Position numbers and translations under genes: made by a program. Below are positions 52,488 to 64,000 of a stretch of DNA of 64,000 nucleotides, in pieces. The notes beneath the pieces were generated by a model, which saw only the letters and a list, made by a program, of their open reading frames with translations, made no database searches and was not told the DNA's origin. The number at the start of each line of letters is the position of its first letter. Position 1 is the stretch's first letter. The stretch covers positions 42,408,001-42,472,000 of the forward strand of contig OZ260666.1 of the NCBI GenBank assembly GCA_965285935.1. The letters run 5' to 3'. This stretch comes from Ophelia neglecta. Lineage: Eukaryota.

Positions 52488-52648
52488 CCATATCGGAGGG
52501 CTCTACCGCAACTACGACTGGCTCCGATGCAAATACCGGTACAAATGCCCCTGAGGCTACGACAGGGACGGGTGACAACGGCTCCATGCCATTGCAGGGA
52601 ATGCTTGTTATGTCCCTGGTAATGGCACTATTCGCTCGAATGCTCTGA
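52488..52648 (+). CDS. Gene 6 terminal exon: short Thr/Gly-rich peptide and GPI-like signal (69-72-aa precursor)
   Basis: Acceptor TTTCTATCAG|CC gives AISEGSTATTT...DNGSMPLQGMLVMSLVMALFARML*. Confidence 0.9.
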
Positions 52649-52679
52649 ACAATGTTCCATCTAGCGACAGGAAACGAAG

Positions 52680-52748
52680 ACCGGATGTCGTGACGTCACT
52701 TCGGATGCCCGGAAGGTTATTTCGATAGTGTCACGATGATATGACGGT
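52680..52748 (+). promoter_or_regulatory. Conserved 3'UTR stem element (gene 6 copy)
   Basis: ACCGGATGTCGTGAC ... GTCACGATGATATGACGGT. Confidence 0.65.
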
Positions 52749-52992
52749 ATCGCCATCTGCCGGATGTATTGTTTATTAGAATAGACTAAAAAGAAATTCA
52801 AGTGAAGTCTTTTATATAACTTTGTGCTACAGTGGCATTTTGCTGTCTATTTGTAAAACCCGTATTGCTCATCTGACTTTAACTGTGATATTAATAACGC
52901 TACCTTTACATTTTTAAATCATGATAACTAAAGTTGTATTCTTGTGATTTTATTACGTTGGCGCTGTCGTCTTGACGAACAGGGTAATATGA

Positions 52993-53017
52993 ATGTAGCT
53001 ATCTACATGATAATAAA
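52993..53017 (+). terminator. Gene 6 poly(A) signal with upstream hairpin
   Basis: ATGTAG-CTAT-CTACAT followed by AATAAA at 53012. Confidence 0.7.
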
Positions 53018-53777
53018 CACCCCTGTTCTGAATATTGATTATTTTTGTCTAATTGTTCATGCTTCCTCATTTTTTGTCAATTACCGCCCACCCTCCAATA
53101 CACGTGTCTAGTTATATTTAATTGCTTTTATCCCTTCAACACTTAGGCCTAACCTAATGCAATATTAACAGGCATGATAACATTATTATTATGTTCCTCT
53201 TATATTTCGGAAAGAAGACTAGCAATTTTGATTTCTGAGTAGGCTTCTTAGTGGAAAATTTACAGAATTGTAGAAACTACTAGAGACTACTTATTTTGAA
53301 AAAAAAAAAGATAGTGCAAAGATTAAACAGTCAAAGCTTTAAGCAAGCAAGCAAGCAAGAAAAGAACATAATATTACGTATCTACACCTAAATAAGTTCC
53401 AAGATGCAATTTTGTAATATTTCTCAGTTATGATAGACAAATTTTCCTGACGAAGCCCAATAGGATATGCCATTATAAAAGGCCCATAGCTAGATACTAA
53501 CGGACAGTTCAGAATAAAATCCGACCCCCCCCCCCAGGGGATTTTTCTGATTATTCTACATGCCTATTAAGTGTTTTAACTGAGAAAACAGACTGCCGGT
53601 TTAATGCGGACTCGAACCTAGACTGTTGAGTTAAAAATCATAAGCACGCAGCACTATATAAAATTCGATGCCCTGCGTATGTACTACATAGGCCTCGCTG
53701 GTTTGACAGGGGGTTAAACAGATCGGGTCCCTTTCCAACCGTGGAAACGACCACGCTTAGAACATAGACTAATTAAA

Positions 53778-54073
53778 GTATGAAACAGAAAACAGGAGCG
53801 TAGGAGAATCGGACAAATTTATGATTAGGGGCTTCCCTTTCCCATCGTTTTAAAACTCCCTCGTCAGATCATCGCAATTCCCGTTCTAAGCTAGGCATTT
53901 TATCTGTTAATAATGGCGTCGGGTACTAATGTGCTTCATCAGGAATATAACACAGTTATCAAAAAAAAATGCCTTTTCAACTCTGTGTAGGTATACATAA
54001 CGTTGTGTTCTAACATTTATTCATTATATTACTTCCCGTTTTCTTTCTCCTCGCTTTTTAGCGCCTAGCGCTA
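53778..54073 (-). repeat. Inverted copy of 28297-28617
   Basis: Reverse-complement similarity over ~300 bp. Confidence 0.85.
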
Positions 54074-57009
54074 TGTTTCTTGCATTCGCGCAGACGAGCA
54101 AATTTCCTGTAATATATCCATTGCTTGCAAAGTAATATGTTTAAACATAGTGTCATGTAGTACAATATGTTTATTGATGTATAAAGTAAGTTTTTCAAGG
54201 ATAAGTGCATAGCACTTTCTGACATTGCAAACACTAAAATAATGCTTACTCTTGATACATGGATTCGACTTAATCAGTAAACGGTGGGATGTCTGATTCC
54301 TTGTCGAATCGCGTAGCCACCGACTGTTTAATCCTGACAAGGTCAAGCACCTTATATAATCTGACCCTTCGTCAATGACTCCGGGGTACGCTCGTGTCGC
54401 GCTCACTAAGATGGGTTCAGGGTCGCATTCGTTGCGCTTGGAGACTGGCAGGTGATCTAGACTTCCGCGAGAAAACCGTCTCTGTTCCTGTGGCGAAATA
54501 CAGGAAGAGATGCATGTGTTAAGCTGCTGCCCTCTGACTAGCGATTTAAGACAGATAATATTTGGAAAGGTTCACATAAATATCGGCGATATCATATATA
54601 AGCAGGAATTAGCTCTCTACTTCTATGACGTCACAAATCGTTATTGAGTCACAAGATTTAGTGATGTGCTATGTGCTATTTGAGTACTTCATTTGTTATT
54701 TTGGATAGAAAGATTTAACCACTTACTCCCATACATCTATTTCATTTTGTGCTTTGTATTACTGTCAATTAATTTACTACTTCTACTACTAGTACACTAT
54801 GTTTATTGATTCATAAAGTACATTTGTAAGTTTTCCAAAGATAGCGCTTTCTGACATTACAAACACTAAAACAGCGCTATAACAGTTCTCTCTTTGCGAT
54901 CTAAATGTTATTAAGGGTCCGAATTAATCTTGCTTCGCATATTCTATCATCTCGTTTCTTTATAGTCGATAAATATCCGAGACAATTATTAGATACAACA
55001 TTACGAAACACATTAAATAACTCGATATGCATGCCATAAAATTTTGATGTGCGCAAATCTTTAAAATTGGTTCAGTGGAAATGGGAAGCCTTGTTAATCA
55101 TACGCATGAAATACAGCAGAATAAGACAAGGAAGGGCTGTATCTGAGAAAGATGCAGTCCATTAACGTGGCAGACGATGAAAACTCTGGTAGGCAGGGTA
55201 TTGAGGGGAAGGAAACTATTCGACGTAAATATATCAGCATATTTTTTAATCAATGTTCATGTTACAAAATAGTTACTAGGTTTTTCCCTCTGTTTCAATT
55301 TGGTTAATTATTTTCAATAGTGTTAAACAATTAAATCCTGCACACTAATATTACTTAGGATCGCTCTACATATACATGGTACCCACGGTCGGGCCTGTTT
55401 TGAATTTATACATAACGGCCGAATATCAACACGGGAGTAGTAGTGTGGCTCTAGTAAGCGTCGCGGTATACTACTTTATCGTTCCTTGGGATTGCTAGAA
55501 TCTTCCATTGTTGCTTGTACTTGCCTGGAATTGGGGTCTCACTTCTCACTTGTGTGCTGTCACCATATGTTTTTTTTTTCTTTCGGATGAATGTAGCGCC
55601 AAGATTAACTTTGGTAGTTTACACAAATGATTCAATTCATTTACGCTGAGATTGGCCACGCACTGGACGCGGTCTAGTACTGTTTACCGTCAATTTATCC
55701 AAAGAGAATATGCATATTACCTTATGCGTATTTAAAGATTTACTTATAAATTATACGTTATTAGGAAAGCACAATAAAAGAAACAAGAAACTGATTGATA
55801 TGATCAAATAATACAATGTTAACCCTTTTAGGAGTCACAAATAAATTTGCTCCCCTTTTAATATATAGATATAAGAACTCCCACTTGTCCATTTGTATAT
55901 ATGCGTATAAGGGCCGGGCTCGGCCGACCGCTCGTATATGGGTTGAGGCTCTTGGGTAATATCGCGGATGAAGAAATAAGTATTCCGTTTTACACACGTG
56001 CGTACTCGGTACGTGTGCACGGAGACATTTCCTATACGGATAACTATCATCGGGTAACTGTCGTGTGTAGCGCACATATTTCTACCAAAATACGCAATTT
56101 TCAATACATTTATGTCAAAACATTCAAGTTTGTTTTTTCCATGTCTCCATATTCCATCTCATTTCAACATCTCATTTAAAAAAGCACTATATCTGGCGGA
56201 TGTGCACACCAAATAACCCCGTTATGACGTCACGCTCCCTAAAATTTTAGGAAGTGATGTGTGGTATACGAGGGTCGCGTTCGAGAGATCGCGATTCTCG
56301 GGCGAGGACGTATAAGGGCCGTATAACATTTGGTGTGTAATTTTTTAACCATTGTCAGCGTTGATTCGAATAAACTTTTACAGCCAAAATACCGAAAACT
56401 TATTTAGTGAGTGTCTATTGAGCCCTTATTTTGAGCAATAGAAATAATGTTTCCAGCCCTATCTACATCAATCTTACGCTAAAACCGCAGATCCCCGCAT
56501 TGTCATTTAACCTTACTAATCACAAAGACCTGTGACCCTATAGGGCAAAGTAAGTTGGCCTACTTGTCTTCTAACGCATTCATCAAAGTGTACCGGCATT
56601 ATAATAAAAATAAAGGTAGAGAATAATATTAACTACCCTCAAAATTGACTAAAATAAGTGCTTGCAGTCCACTGCCGTTATCATTGTCTTTTATCTGCTT
56701 CATGATGAAAATTGGACAGATAAAGATTTAATTTTCCCAACCGTCAATGTGTGGAGCGGGGGGAGGGGGGGATGTAGATGAGGTAGGCTTTCTTAATATT
56801 ACTTATCATAAACTGTCGTCCATGTAGACATTTGTTCAAAATGGGAATACGTGTATATACGTACACATCAAAGACGCCGACACAGCCCATATGAAAATCG
56901 ACACGATGGACAACACGATTTTGCATCGAGCACGACACGCTTATTTCTAGGCCTTATCTTCCCACACACGACACACCTGCATAATCCCTAAAACATTGAC
57001 ATCAAGGTT

Positions 57010-57411
57010 TTTTATACCAGCCACATAAAGTCTGGAGATTTTCAGAAAAAAAGGTTTAAAATCATACGATGCTAGAAAACAGTGTGCACAAGCTACTGCT
57101 GACGCACATATTGTTTATGTGTAATTGGTTTGTTTAAAAAAGGTTGCCTCTAATTGGTTTGCTATGTATGACGTTTGACCTATTTAAACCCGAAGGCAAG
57201 TGAGGGGTTTTGCCAGAGCACTGTGTCCCTGGGTGCCGCTGCCTTCTGGTGGTGACGTCATCGCCTAAAGCAGGCCAAGCGTCATTTGCTTTCTGGGCCA
57301 ATCAGCGTTCACCATGGGAGCGCGTCACACATGCATAGATTACATACTTGATGCTTCGAGTAGTTTTTTTCCGCACAACTAGTCTCCAGACTTTATGCCG
57401 CTGGTATAAAA
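57010..57411. mobile_element. MITE with ~29-bp TIRs
   Basis: TTTTATACCAGCCACATAAAGTCTGGAGA ... TCTCCAGACTTTATGCCGCTGGTATAAAA. Confidence 0.8.
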
Positions 57412-58308
57412 GCTGACCCGCAACCCCAATATCGAACAACCCGAGAATTATATATTAGATTATATTGAAAATAAGCTGGTTGCCCTCCGGATCATACGGG
57501 TATAGAAACTGTCCAAACTTCTTCAGTATTTTGTGCTGCAAACCACCTTAACTTAAGAAAGGGTTAGCCTCACAACGTAATAATTCCTAGTAGGCCTGGG
57601 GTATCTGTAGGTAGACATATTATCGCTCTGGACAGCAGTCTGCACACTGGCACGTAAAACATGGTGGATGAGTGACCAAGAACAGCAGCGTGAGTATTAT
57701 AGTGTTTTCAATTTAAATTGATGAAGTGCATGTAAAATCACTTTTAATACTCTCCAAAGAACACTTGCATAGCTGCCTCCGGGTGAGTTACCCAGTGCAA
57801 CTGGAAGTATTGCAATCCAAACCCCCCACTTGTGGAAGTGTCTGAAGAGGGCATCGAAGTGTGCCTTTATTTACATACATGACGAACAGCGTAATATGAA
57901 GTTTCAAATATTTGGTTGACCCGCTCAATTATTGAACTTTCAAAGTTAACAAACAAACAGGTTGAAGTCGTTAAATATACCGTGCACTTGAGAGGTGGAA
58001 TATTGTGTGGTTCACTTTCCCTTTGATAAACTATGCCTATATTATATATCCTATAAGATAACCCCTTAATATGGTCAAACACTACAACACCACCCCACCC
58101 ACCCACCCCCACCCGCTTCTAAAGTGCGTGAACAGCTAATGCCCAAACCAGTAGGCCTTACGCACGTTACTGTTAGAATGGTATTAAGCGCATTCATGTA
58201 TTAAAATATAATGTCATCTACACTTAAGACACACAGGAAGCACGGAGGATCATTCAAATGCAACACTCAAAATAACCAAAGCGAAAATGAATGTTCTGAA
58301 CACGGATG

Positions 58309-58333
58309 TTTATTATCATGTAGCGAGCTACAT
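58309..58333 (-). terminator. Gene 7 poly(A) signal with upstream hairpin
   Basis: Minus strand reads ATGTAG-CTCG-CTACAT GAT AATAAA. Confidence 0.7.
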
Positions 58334-58568
58334 TCATTTTATCCTGTACAGGCGATCACAGTAACATACAGCTGTGGCATCAAATAAATTCAGAATGACC
58401 TTGACATGAAGAACTACCACAGATAAGCCAAATTATAACTTGTGATACAAATAAGAACAATCTGGCTTAGAATTCAAGTTTCCGTTTTGAAAATTAGTGT
58501 CAGTACGAACGTTTTTGCAGTTAAATTAGTTATTCCAATAGTATAGTTGTACATCGAGCAGACAACAT

Positions 58569-58631
58569 TGCCGTCATATCACCGTGGCACACCCCCATCA
58601 ACTAACGGAAATGAGGTCACGACATCCGGCA
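58569..58631 (-). promoter_or_regulatory. Conserved 3'UTR stem element (gene 7 copy)
   Basis: Minus strand reads TGCCGGATGTCGTGAC ... GCCACGGTGATATGACGGCA. Confidence 0.65.
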
Positions 58632-58672
58632 GTTGCTTTTGTCGCTCGAGAGTCTGGCGTATATATTGTGTA

Positions 58673-58809
58673 TTAGAGCATTCGAGCGAGTACAGCGAGC
58701 ACCAGTGACGTCACCAACGTGCACTCTAACGGCGTGGCGCCGGCGGTCGTAGTTGCTGGTGTAGTTGTAGATGTTCCAGGATCATTGGTGGTGGCCGCTT
58801 CTGATAGGG
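58673..58809 (-). CDS. Gene 7 terminal exon: minimal Thr-rich peptide and GPI-like signal (61-aa precursor; absent from the ORF track)
   Basis: Acceptor TTTCTTGCAG|CC gives ALSEAATTNDPGTSTTTPATTTAGATPLECTLVTSLVLAVLARML*. The C-terminus is homologous to gene 6. Confidence 0.88.
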
Positions 58810-59527
58810 CTGCAAGAAACCGGCATTTGTTTTATTTACATTTATGTAGAGCTATAGCATATATATATATAGGAATAACGACATTCCTCATAAAAAAACC
58901 ATTGATTACAAATTACAAAGAACGTTATTAAGATAAAAGTTTATTGCTAGAAGCCACTGACGTCAAAAATAGTGGTGTGTCCCATTCACACCACAAAACC
59001 GGTGGGGGGGGGGGGGTTATTTCCGGCCCTCGGGATCGGCCTTATTAATTCACCGTGTTCCGGGAATTGTAGTATTAATTTATCGTGCTTTTGAATTTGA
59101 CTTTTCTCCGTTCCTATAGGGATTAATGATTTCCATTTATTGATCTGCTTAGTTTCCCGTGAATCGGGAATCATCGTTCAAAATTATCGGGATCTGGGGA
59201 ACAACTTATTCGATATGATGAGAAATATCAATATTTTAAATGCCCGTGATTCGGGAATGGCCTCATTTTAAAACTGTGAACCGAAAACCGGGAACTCGAC
59301 CCCCAATATACCCCCCCCCCCCTCAATATATATACTGCTGCCTATTGGGGAGAAAAGGCGAGGTATTGTTGGTTTAACCCCCCCCCCCCCCCCCCCCCGT
59401 TTCTGATTCCACCCCACCCAAGCATATCTAGGTTTGGTAATAAAAATCGTAACTACCCCGCCCTCTCCCATGGCATCCCCCGGCCTTCGCTCCCAACAGG
59501 AGATAAACAAAGACCCTCTAAACTCAC

Positions 59528-59576
59528 CAACGATTCCCATGAGAAATACACACACGACAAACAATTTCGGAGACAT
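59528..59576 (-). CDS. Gene 7 signal-peptide exon (MSPKLFVVCVFLMGIV + G)
   Basis: Acceptor CATTACAG ending at 59585, ATG at 59576, donor G|GTGAGT at 59527. Confidence 0.88.
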
Positions 59577-60131
59577 CTTTAGAGCTGTAATGTAGAAAAA
59601 AGCAAATGATAATAATTTTAATAATATGATTAAATAAAGTTTCTGTTTGTAGCCTTAAAGAGAGATTACACCTGGAAGGGAAATGAAATCCGATTTTTTC
59701 TTTGAATCGGTCTCTCTCCTATATTAAAACAGAAAATCTAATATATTCACCCAGTTATTTAATCTAAGAATATAATGTAAATGCTAAAGTTTGATGGAAA
59801 TAATAAATGGCTGACGCGTGGTCACAACTTTGTAACTTGCGTAGATAATGAACTAAACACTTTCCATTTCAGTTATATTTAGATGTGTTGTTCATCTATA
59901 GGCAATTGTTTTCAACAGTCTTAGCATTAAAATTGGTTTATCAAAATAATAAGACCAACGAGGGCAACTTGGGCAAAATATTCTAAATTTTTTACAATAT
60001 GTGTCCTTTTGTACAGAAACAGTGGCACTCGTTCTGGGAATGGGAATTGTAACACAAAATAAATATACTACTTATCTGAAACCCATGTTCTGTTAATTGG
60101 TTTAATAATACAATATAAATGTACTTCTTAC

Positions 60132-60209
60132 CTTATTTGGAAGCAATGTTCGCCGTTAAAGATCGCAGTGAGTGAGTGAGTGAGCTCCGTAGCAGGGAAT
60201 ATATATATA
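60132..60209 (-). promoter_or_regulatory. TATA box and non-coding exon 1 of gene 7
   Basis: (TA)n box at ~60199-60209; donor AAG|GTAAGAAGTACATTT at 60131, similar to genes 4 and 6. Confidence 0.7.
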
Positions 60210-61655
60210 GCAGTACGTGTTGTATTATGGATACGCGTTGTATTGGCAACGAATGATATTCTGGCCCCTTAACAATGAAATAGAGAAATTATCATTGTCA
60301 ACGTGATGAAAAGAAGTGTCACTAACTTTGCATTGTGCTCTTAACTTCAATCAAATATCGTCTGAATTAAATTAAATCGGAGGATATTATACAGTTTTTT
60401 ATTTTCAAATGAACCCCAGGTCAGAATACTAATGCAGTGGAATAAATATTGGATGTCTGTCTCCAAGGTTTCGGCGCCAAATATTTTCTAACTCGTAAAT
60501 AGTATCATTGAATTCTGAATGACATTACAAAAAGAGCTCCCTTTAGTCGGTAGAAAAGCAAATTCATAGTGCAGTGTTCAAATAAAAATAAAAATTCTTC
60601 AAAAACTTCAGATATCATCATTAGACTCAAATAGCCAAGAATGTCAACATTTAGTCATTGAAATTGACTAAGTCATTGCTTCACATGGGATCGTCTGCGT
60701 TCACAAGACTGGAAGTATACTGTGGTTCTAAAGACACGATCATATAAAACTTACGGATGAGCCAACACCAATTTGTCTACAAACAAGACTGTTGGTCTTT
60801 CGTCAATGCTATCTTTTGTCAAGAACACAATTCCATTTGCCAATGTCTGGGGCTCCGTGTCTAAATAAATACACTCTAGTTGTTAAACTGCGTAATTTAA
60901 TACACTTCTCCATTTTCTCATTCTCGGGCGATGACAAAAACTAAGGGCACTCGACTTGTTCATTCCTTTGCGCTTTTTCCTATTTGAAATGCTGAACTGT
61001 TTAAAAGACATGAGCCATCATCCATAAGATAAGTTATTACTCGGATTATATCTGATACAGCTCTGGCAATGATAGCGTGACATACATGTGTATCGACGCA
61101 AAAAACCATGAATTCGAGACAAGCTGTCCTGATATACTAGAATTTCTAGACCGGCGGACTGTAGTTGATTTATTATCATTTAATTATGTCCTCATAAAAT
61201 GGTATAGAGGTTTTTCTCTTTTATTCATGGTGTTTCAAGACCAAGGGACTCCCGGGTTTGGATAAGAGTTAGTTGAAGGAGTCCAGGGCAGGGGGTGTGG
61301 GTCTTCCTACCCGGAAAATCGCATTGACTTTACACCTGGCTATGATAGCAATACATAGCTTGCAAGTATATATTTTTTTCGATTTCTATTTTTTTCTCTC
61401 TAAAAAATTGTGGAATTGACTGGCCCGAAACTATCCCCGAACTAGAATAACACACATCCTTCAGATTGCCTACTCGCAGTTTATGTACCAACTAAGTCAC
61501 AAAATATTGCTAACTTATTCTAGCTCATAATGTCCTTATAATGGTCAAGACACCAAGAACACTTTCAACGTGTTCAATTTAAAAATAAAAGTAGTATATT
61601 GGCAAATATTGAATAAATGTGCGGTAGTTTTTTTTATTGCGATTCATCACTCCCT

Positions 61656-61819
61656 TACGCTGGGACAACGTATACGCTGGGACAACGTATACGCTGAGTC
61701 AACGAATACGCTGGGACTACGTATACGTTGGGACTACGTATACGCTGGGACTACGTTTACGCTGGGACTACGTTTACGCAGGGACTACGTATACGCTGGG
61801 ACTACGTATACGCTGGGAC
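61656..61819. repeat. Minisatellite, 17-bp unit (TACGCTGGGACTACGTA) x ~9.6
   Basis: Direct tandem repeats; these explain the overlapping repetitive ORFs here. Confidence 0.95.
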
Positions 61820-64000
61820 GCATTTGGATTGGCTTTTTTATATATATTTATATATATTATATAAAAAATGCATACGTTTTATCAAAAGTTATTTGTATTC
61901 TACAAAGGTAAAGAGGGGTTTAGTCAAACCCTTCATCTCAGATTAGGCCTTTATGTTAATATAGAAACAATACTAAATGACGTGGACAGGTTCGGCCGTG
62001 GTCAGGGTTTGCGCGAATTCAACTGTATGAGTAATACATACATGTATATATATAATAGGTGAGATAATCGTAAAACAACGATTTCAAACAATAGAAAAGA
62101 CGAATAAAAGGTGTTTTTTTTTTGGACTATTGACATTATAAAAACTTATAGGCTAAATCACCAGCACCCTTTGGATCAGTCTGATTCGATTTCAGCCTGA
62201 AGTCTCTCCGGTTGTAAAATATAATACACATGGGAGCCCAGATTGACAACCCTATTTATTAAATGTAAAGTATAATAATGAATGGAAAAGTATTTTTGGT
62301 CTATCCATATTGAAACACAGTACATGTCGCAAACCATCAGGGCAACTACGCCCCCCCCCCCCCCCCCCCATCCCCTTGGTATATGTATGCACGCAATCGG
62401 TGTTAAATTGATAAACAACTTTTTCCCTCCCGGCGGAACAAATAATTATGTCGGATTTTGTCCGAGGTATTTTTTTCTATTGTCCAGACCCCCAGCCCCA
62501 TCCCAACCCCACCCCCGTCCCACCGAGAGGCTTCTTTTTTACTATAATGTACAGCATCGCCTACAATATATTGATTAAACATACATAAAATAAACTTTAT
62601 TGACATAATTCAAAGTGAGGTGCACCTCGTTCGTAACTTCTAATTTCAGTTTGGACGAAGCTATACAACCAGAGCATGGCGTTCATGAATCGAACCTTCT
62701 AAGACTGGGAGCTACCCCATTCAGCCTTAATAAAAGTTACTTCCGTAGCTATAATATGCAAGTCTTGCCATTTTAGAATCAAAATAACAATATTCAAGAA
62801 AAGTGCTTTTTTATTTATTTGGTCAAAGAGGCGGGGGGGGGGGGGGGGGGGGGCAGAGATTAAATACACAACGTCTGCCAGCTCTTACAGTTTTGCCCTG
62901 ACCCAAACGTACCCGGGAGTAACTATACAGTATATTTTGGATACGGTCTCAAAATCCTTGATTCTTACGTCCACCGGTGATATTATACTGTTGTATTTTG
63001 TCCTCGATCTGGTCTTCTTACCCTAGGGTTTCGAGCCCCGGGGACTTCACATCCGGGACACCAACTAATTTTGTAATTGTACATCGACACATCTGTCATA
63101 AACCTAGGACAGACAGCTCAGTAGCCTATGTCTTGTAGGTACTCGATTGCAGCAATACAAAAAGCTCTGGTTAATGTGAATATCTATATAAGGGCACTGG
63201 AACTTCATCAGTTTCTTAATTATAGCATTGGTTCCTTTATACAGCAATTTCCGTCCGTTTTATATAATTATTTTTTTTATCTGGTGTGATTCCTAGTGTG
63301 ATTCATTACTAGAATATATTCCCATGCATTATTTTATCACGTGAATACGGTTTGTTGGGGAATGAGATAATATTCTGATAAATCGTGTTGGCCCAAAACA
63401 GTTGCGACATTGGGAAATCCAATATCGTTTTACTTCCTTATATGAATCAACTTGTACTTCTGGGGTGCAAATAGTCTGCCCTTGACGCGAAGAAGGACCT
63501 AAAATGATCATAGGCTTACATGTGCATTGTATAAAAACAAATACATTTGACAGCAGGAAAGGTGTACGGTGATTTTATAATAATATGTATAATATGTATA
63601 TATACATTATAAGCCATATTTTTTGTTTACTGGACATTTTCGTGATTTCCTTTAAAATACAGAAAACAACACACGTTCGTTGAACTGTCTCCCATTTGTA
63701 CTAAAAATTGGAAGTACTGGACTATAGAATTAAATGGCAATGATTTATCAGAAGATAGTTTTTTTTAACTCGAGCTCTGCATAAAAATCACTGCATAACT
63801 ATAATTTGCTAGGCGAATAAAAAATAATGCACCGTGGAAATTGGCCCAATTTAAGTATGTACGAAACAAGTATATATATTTTTCCTTGAATAATGTAGGA
63901 TTGTTCGTGTAACCCCACGGTTAAGGATAAGTTTGCATGCCTATAGCAAAATGAGTCATTAGTTAATCTTATTTATTGGTCTGTAATATTTTGATGCTAT

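Noticed and set aside
52646-52748. SECIS element / selenocysteine read-through of the TGA in gene 6
   Set aside because: The GA-pair geometry is inverted relative to SECIS (ATGA is on the 3' arm), and the other three paralogs with the element end in TAA.
54160-54870. Possible tRNA-derived SINE with a duplicated ~70-bp flank
   Set aside because: The duplication (54168-54240 versus 54799-54870) is visible, but A/B boxes could not be identified convincingly.
61570-61946. Repetitive ORFs (LGLRIRWDYVYAGTT)
   Set aside because: Translations of a 17-bp minisatellite in all three frames.

Overview
AT-rich, intron-containing animal genomic DNA. An invertebrate, possibly an echinoderm, is a guess from the repeat landscape and cannot be proved from the sequence. 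The main content is a tandem cluster of seven small paralogous genes (orientation + + + + - + -) that the ORF track only partly shows. Each gene has the same layout: TATA box and short non-coding exon (clear for genes 2, 3, 4, 6 and 7; tentative for 1 and 5), then a signal-peptide exon ending in a phase-1 GT donor, then a terminal exon. The terminal exon encodes a highly variable Ser/Thr/Pro/Gly-rich, mucin-like segment and a C-terminal hydrophobic GPI-anchor-like signal. Spliced products are 61-184 aa, with predicted mature peptides of about 18-140 aa, which resembles CD24/CD52 in architecture. Four paralogs share two conserved 3'UTR elements: a long stem with tandem GA pairs (kink-turn-like) and a small hairpin just before AATAAA. 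Intergenic and intronic DNA holds three truncated LINEs, several MITEs, minisatellites, a PIF1-like helicase relic and diverged duplicated segments. All calls were made by reading the sequence by eye; no searches were run.
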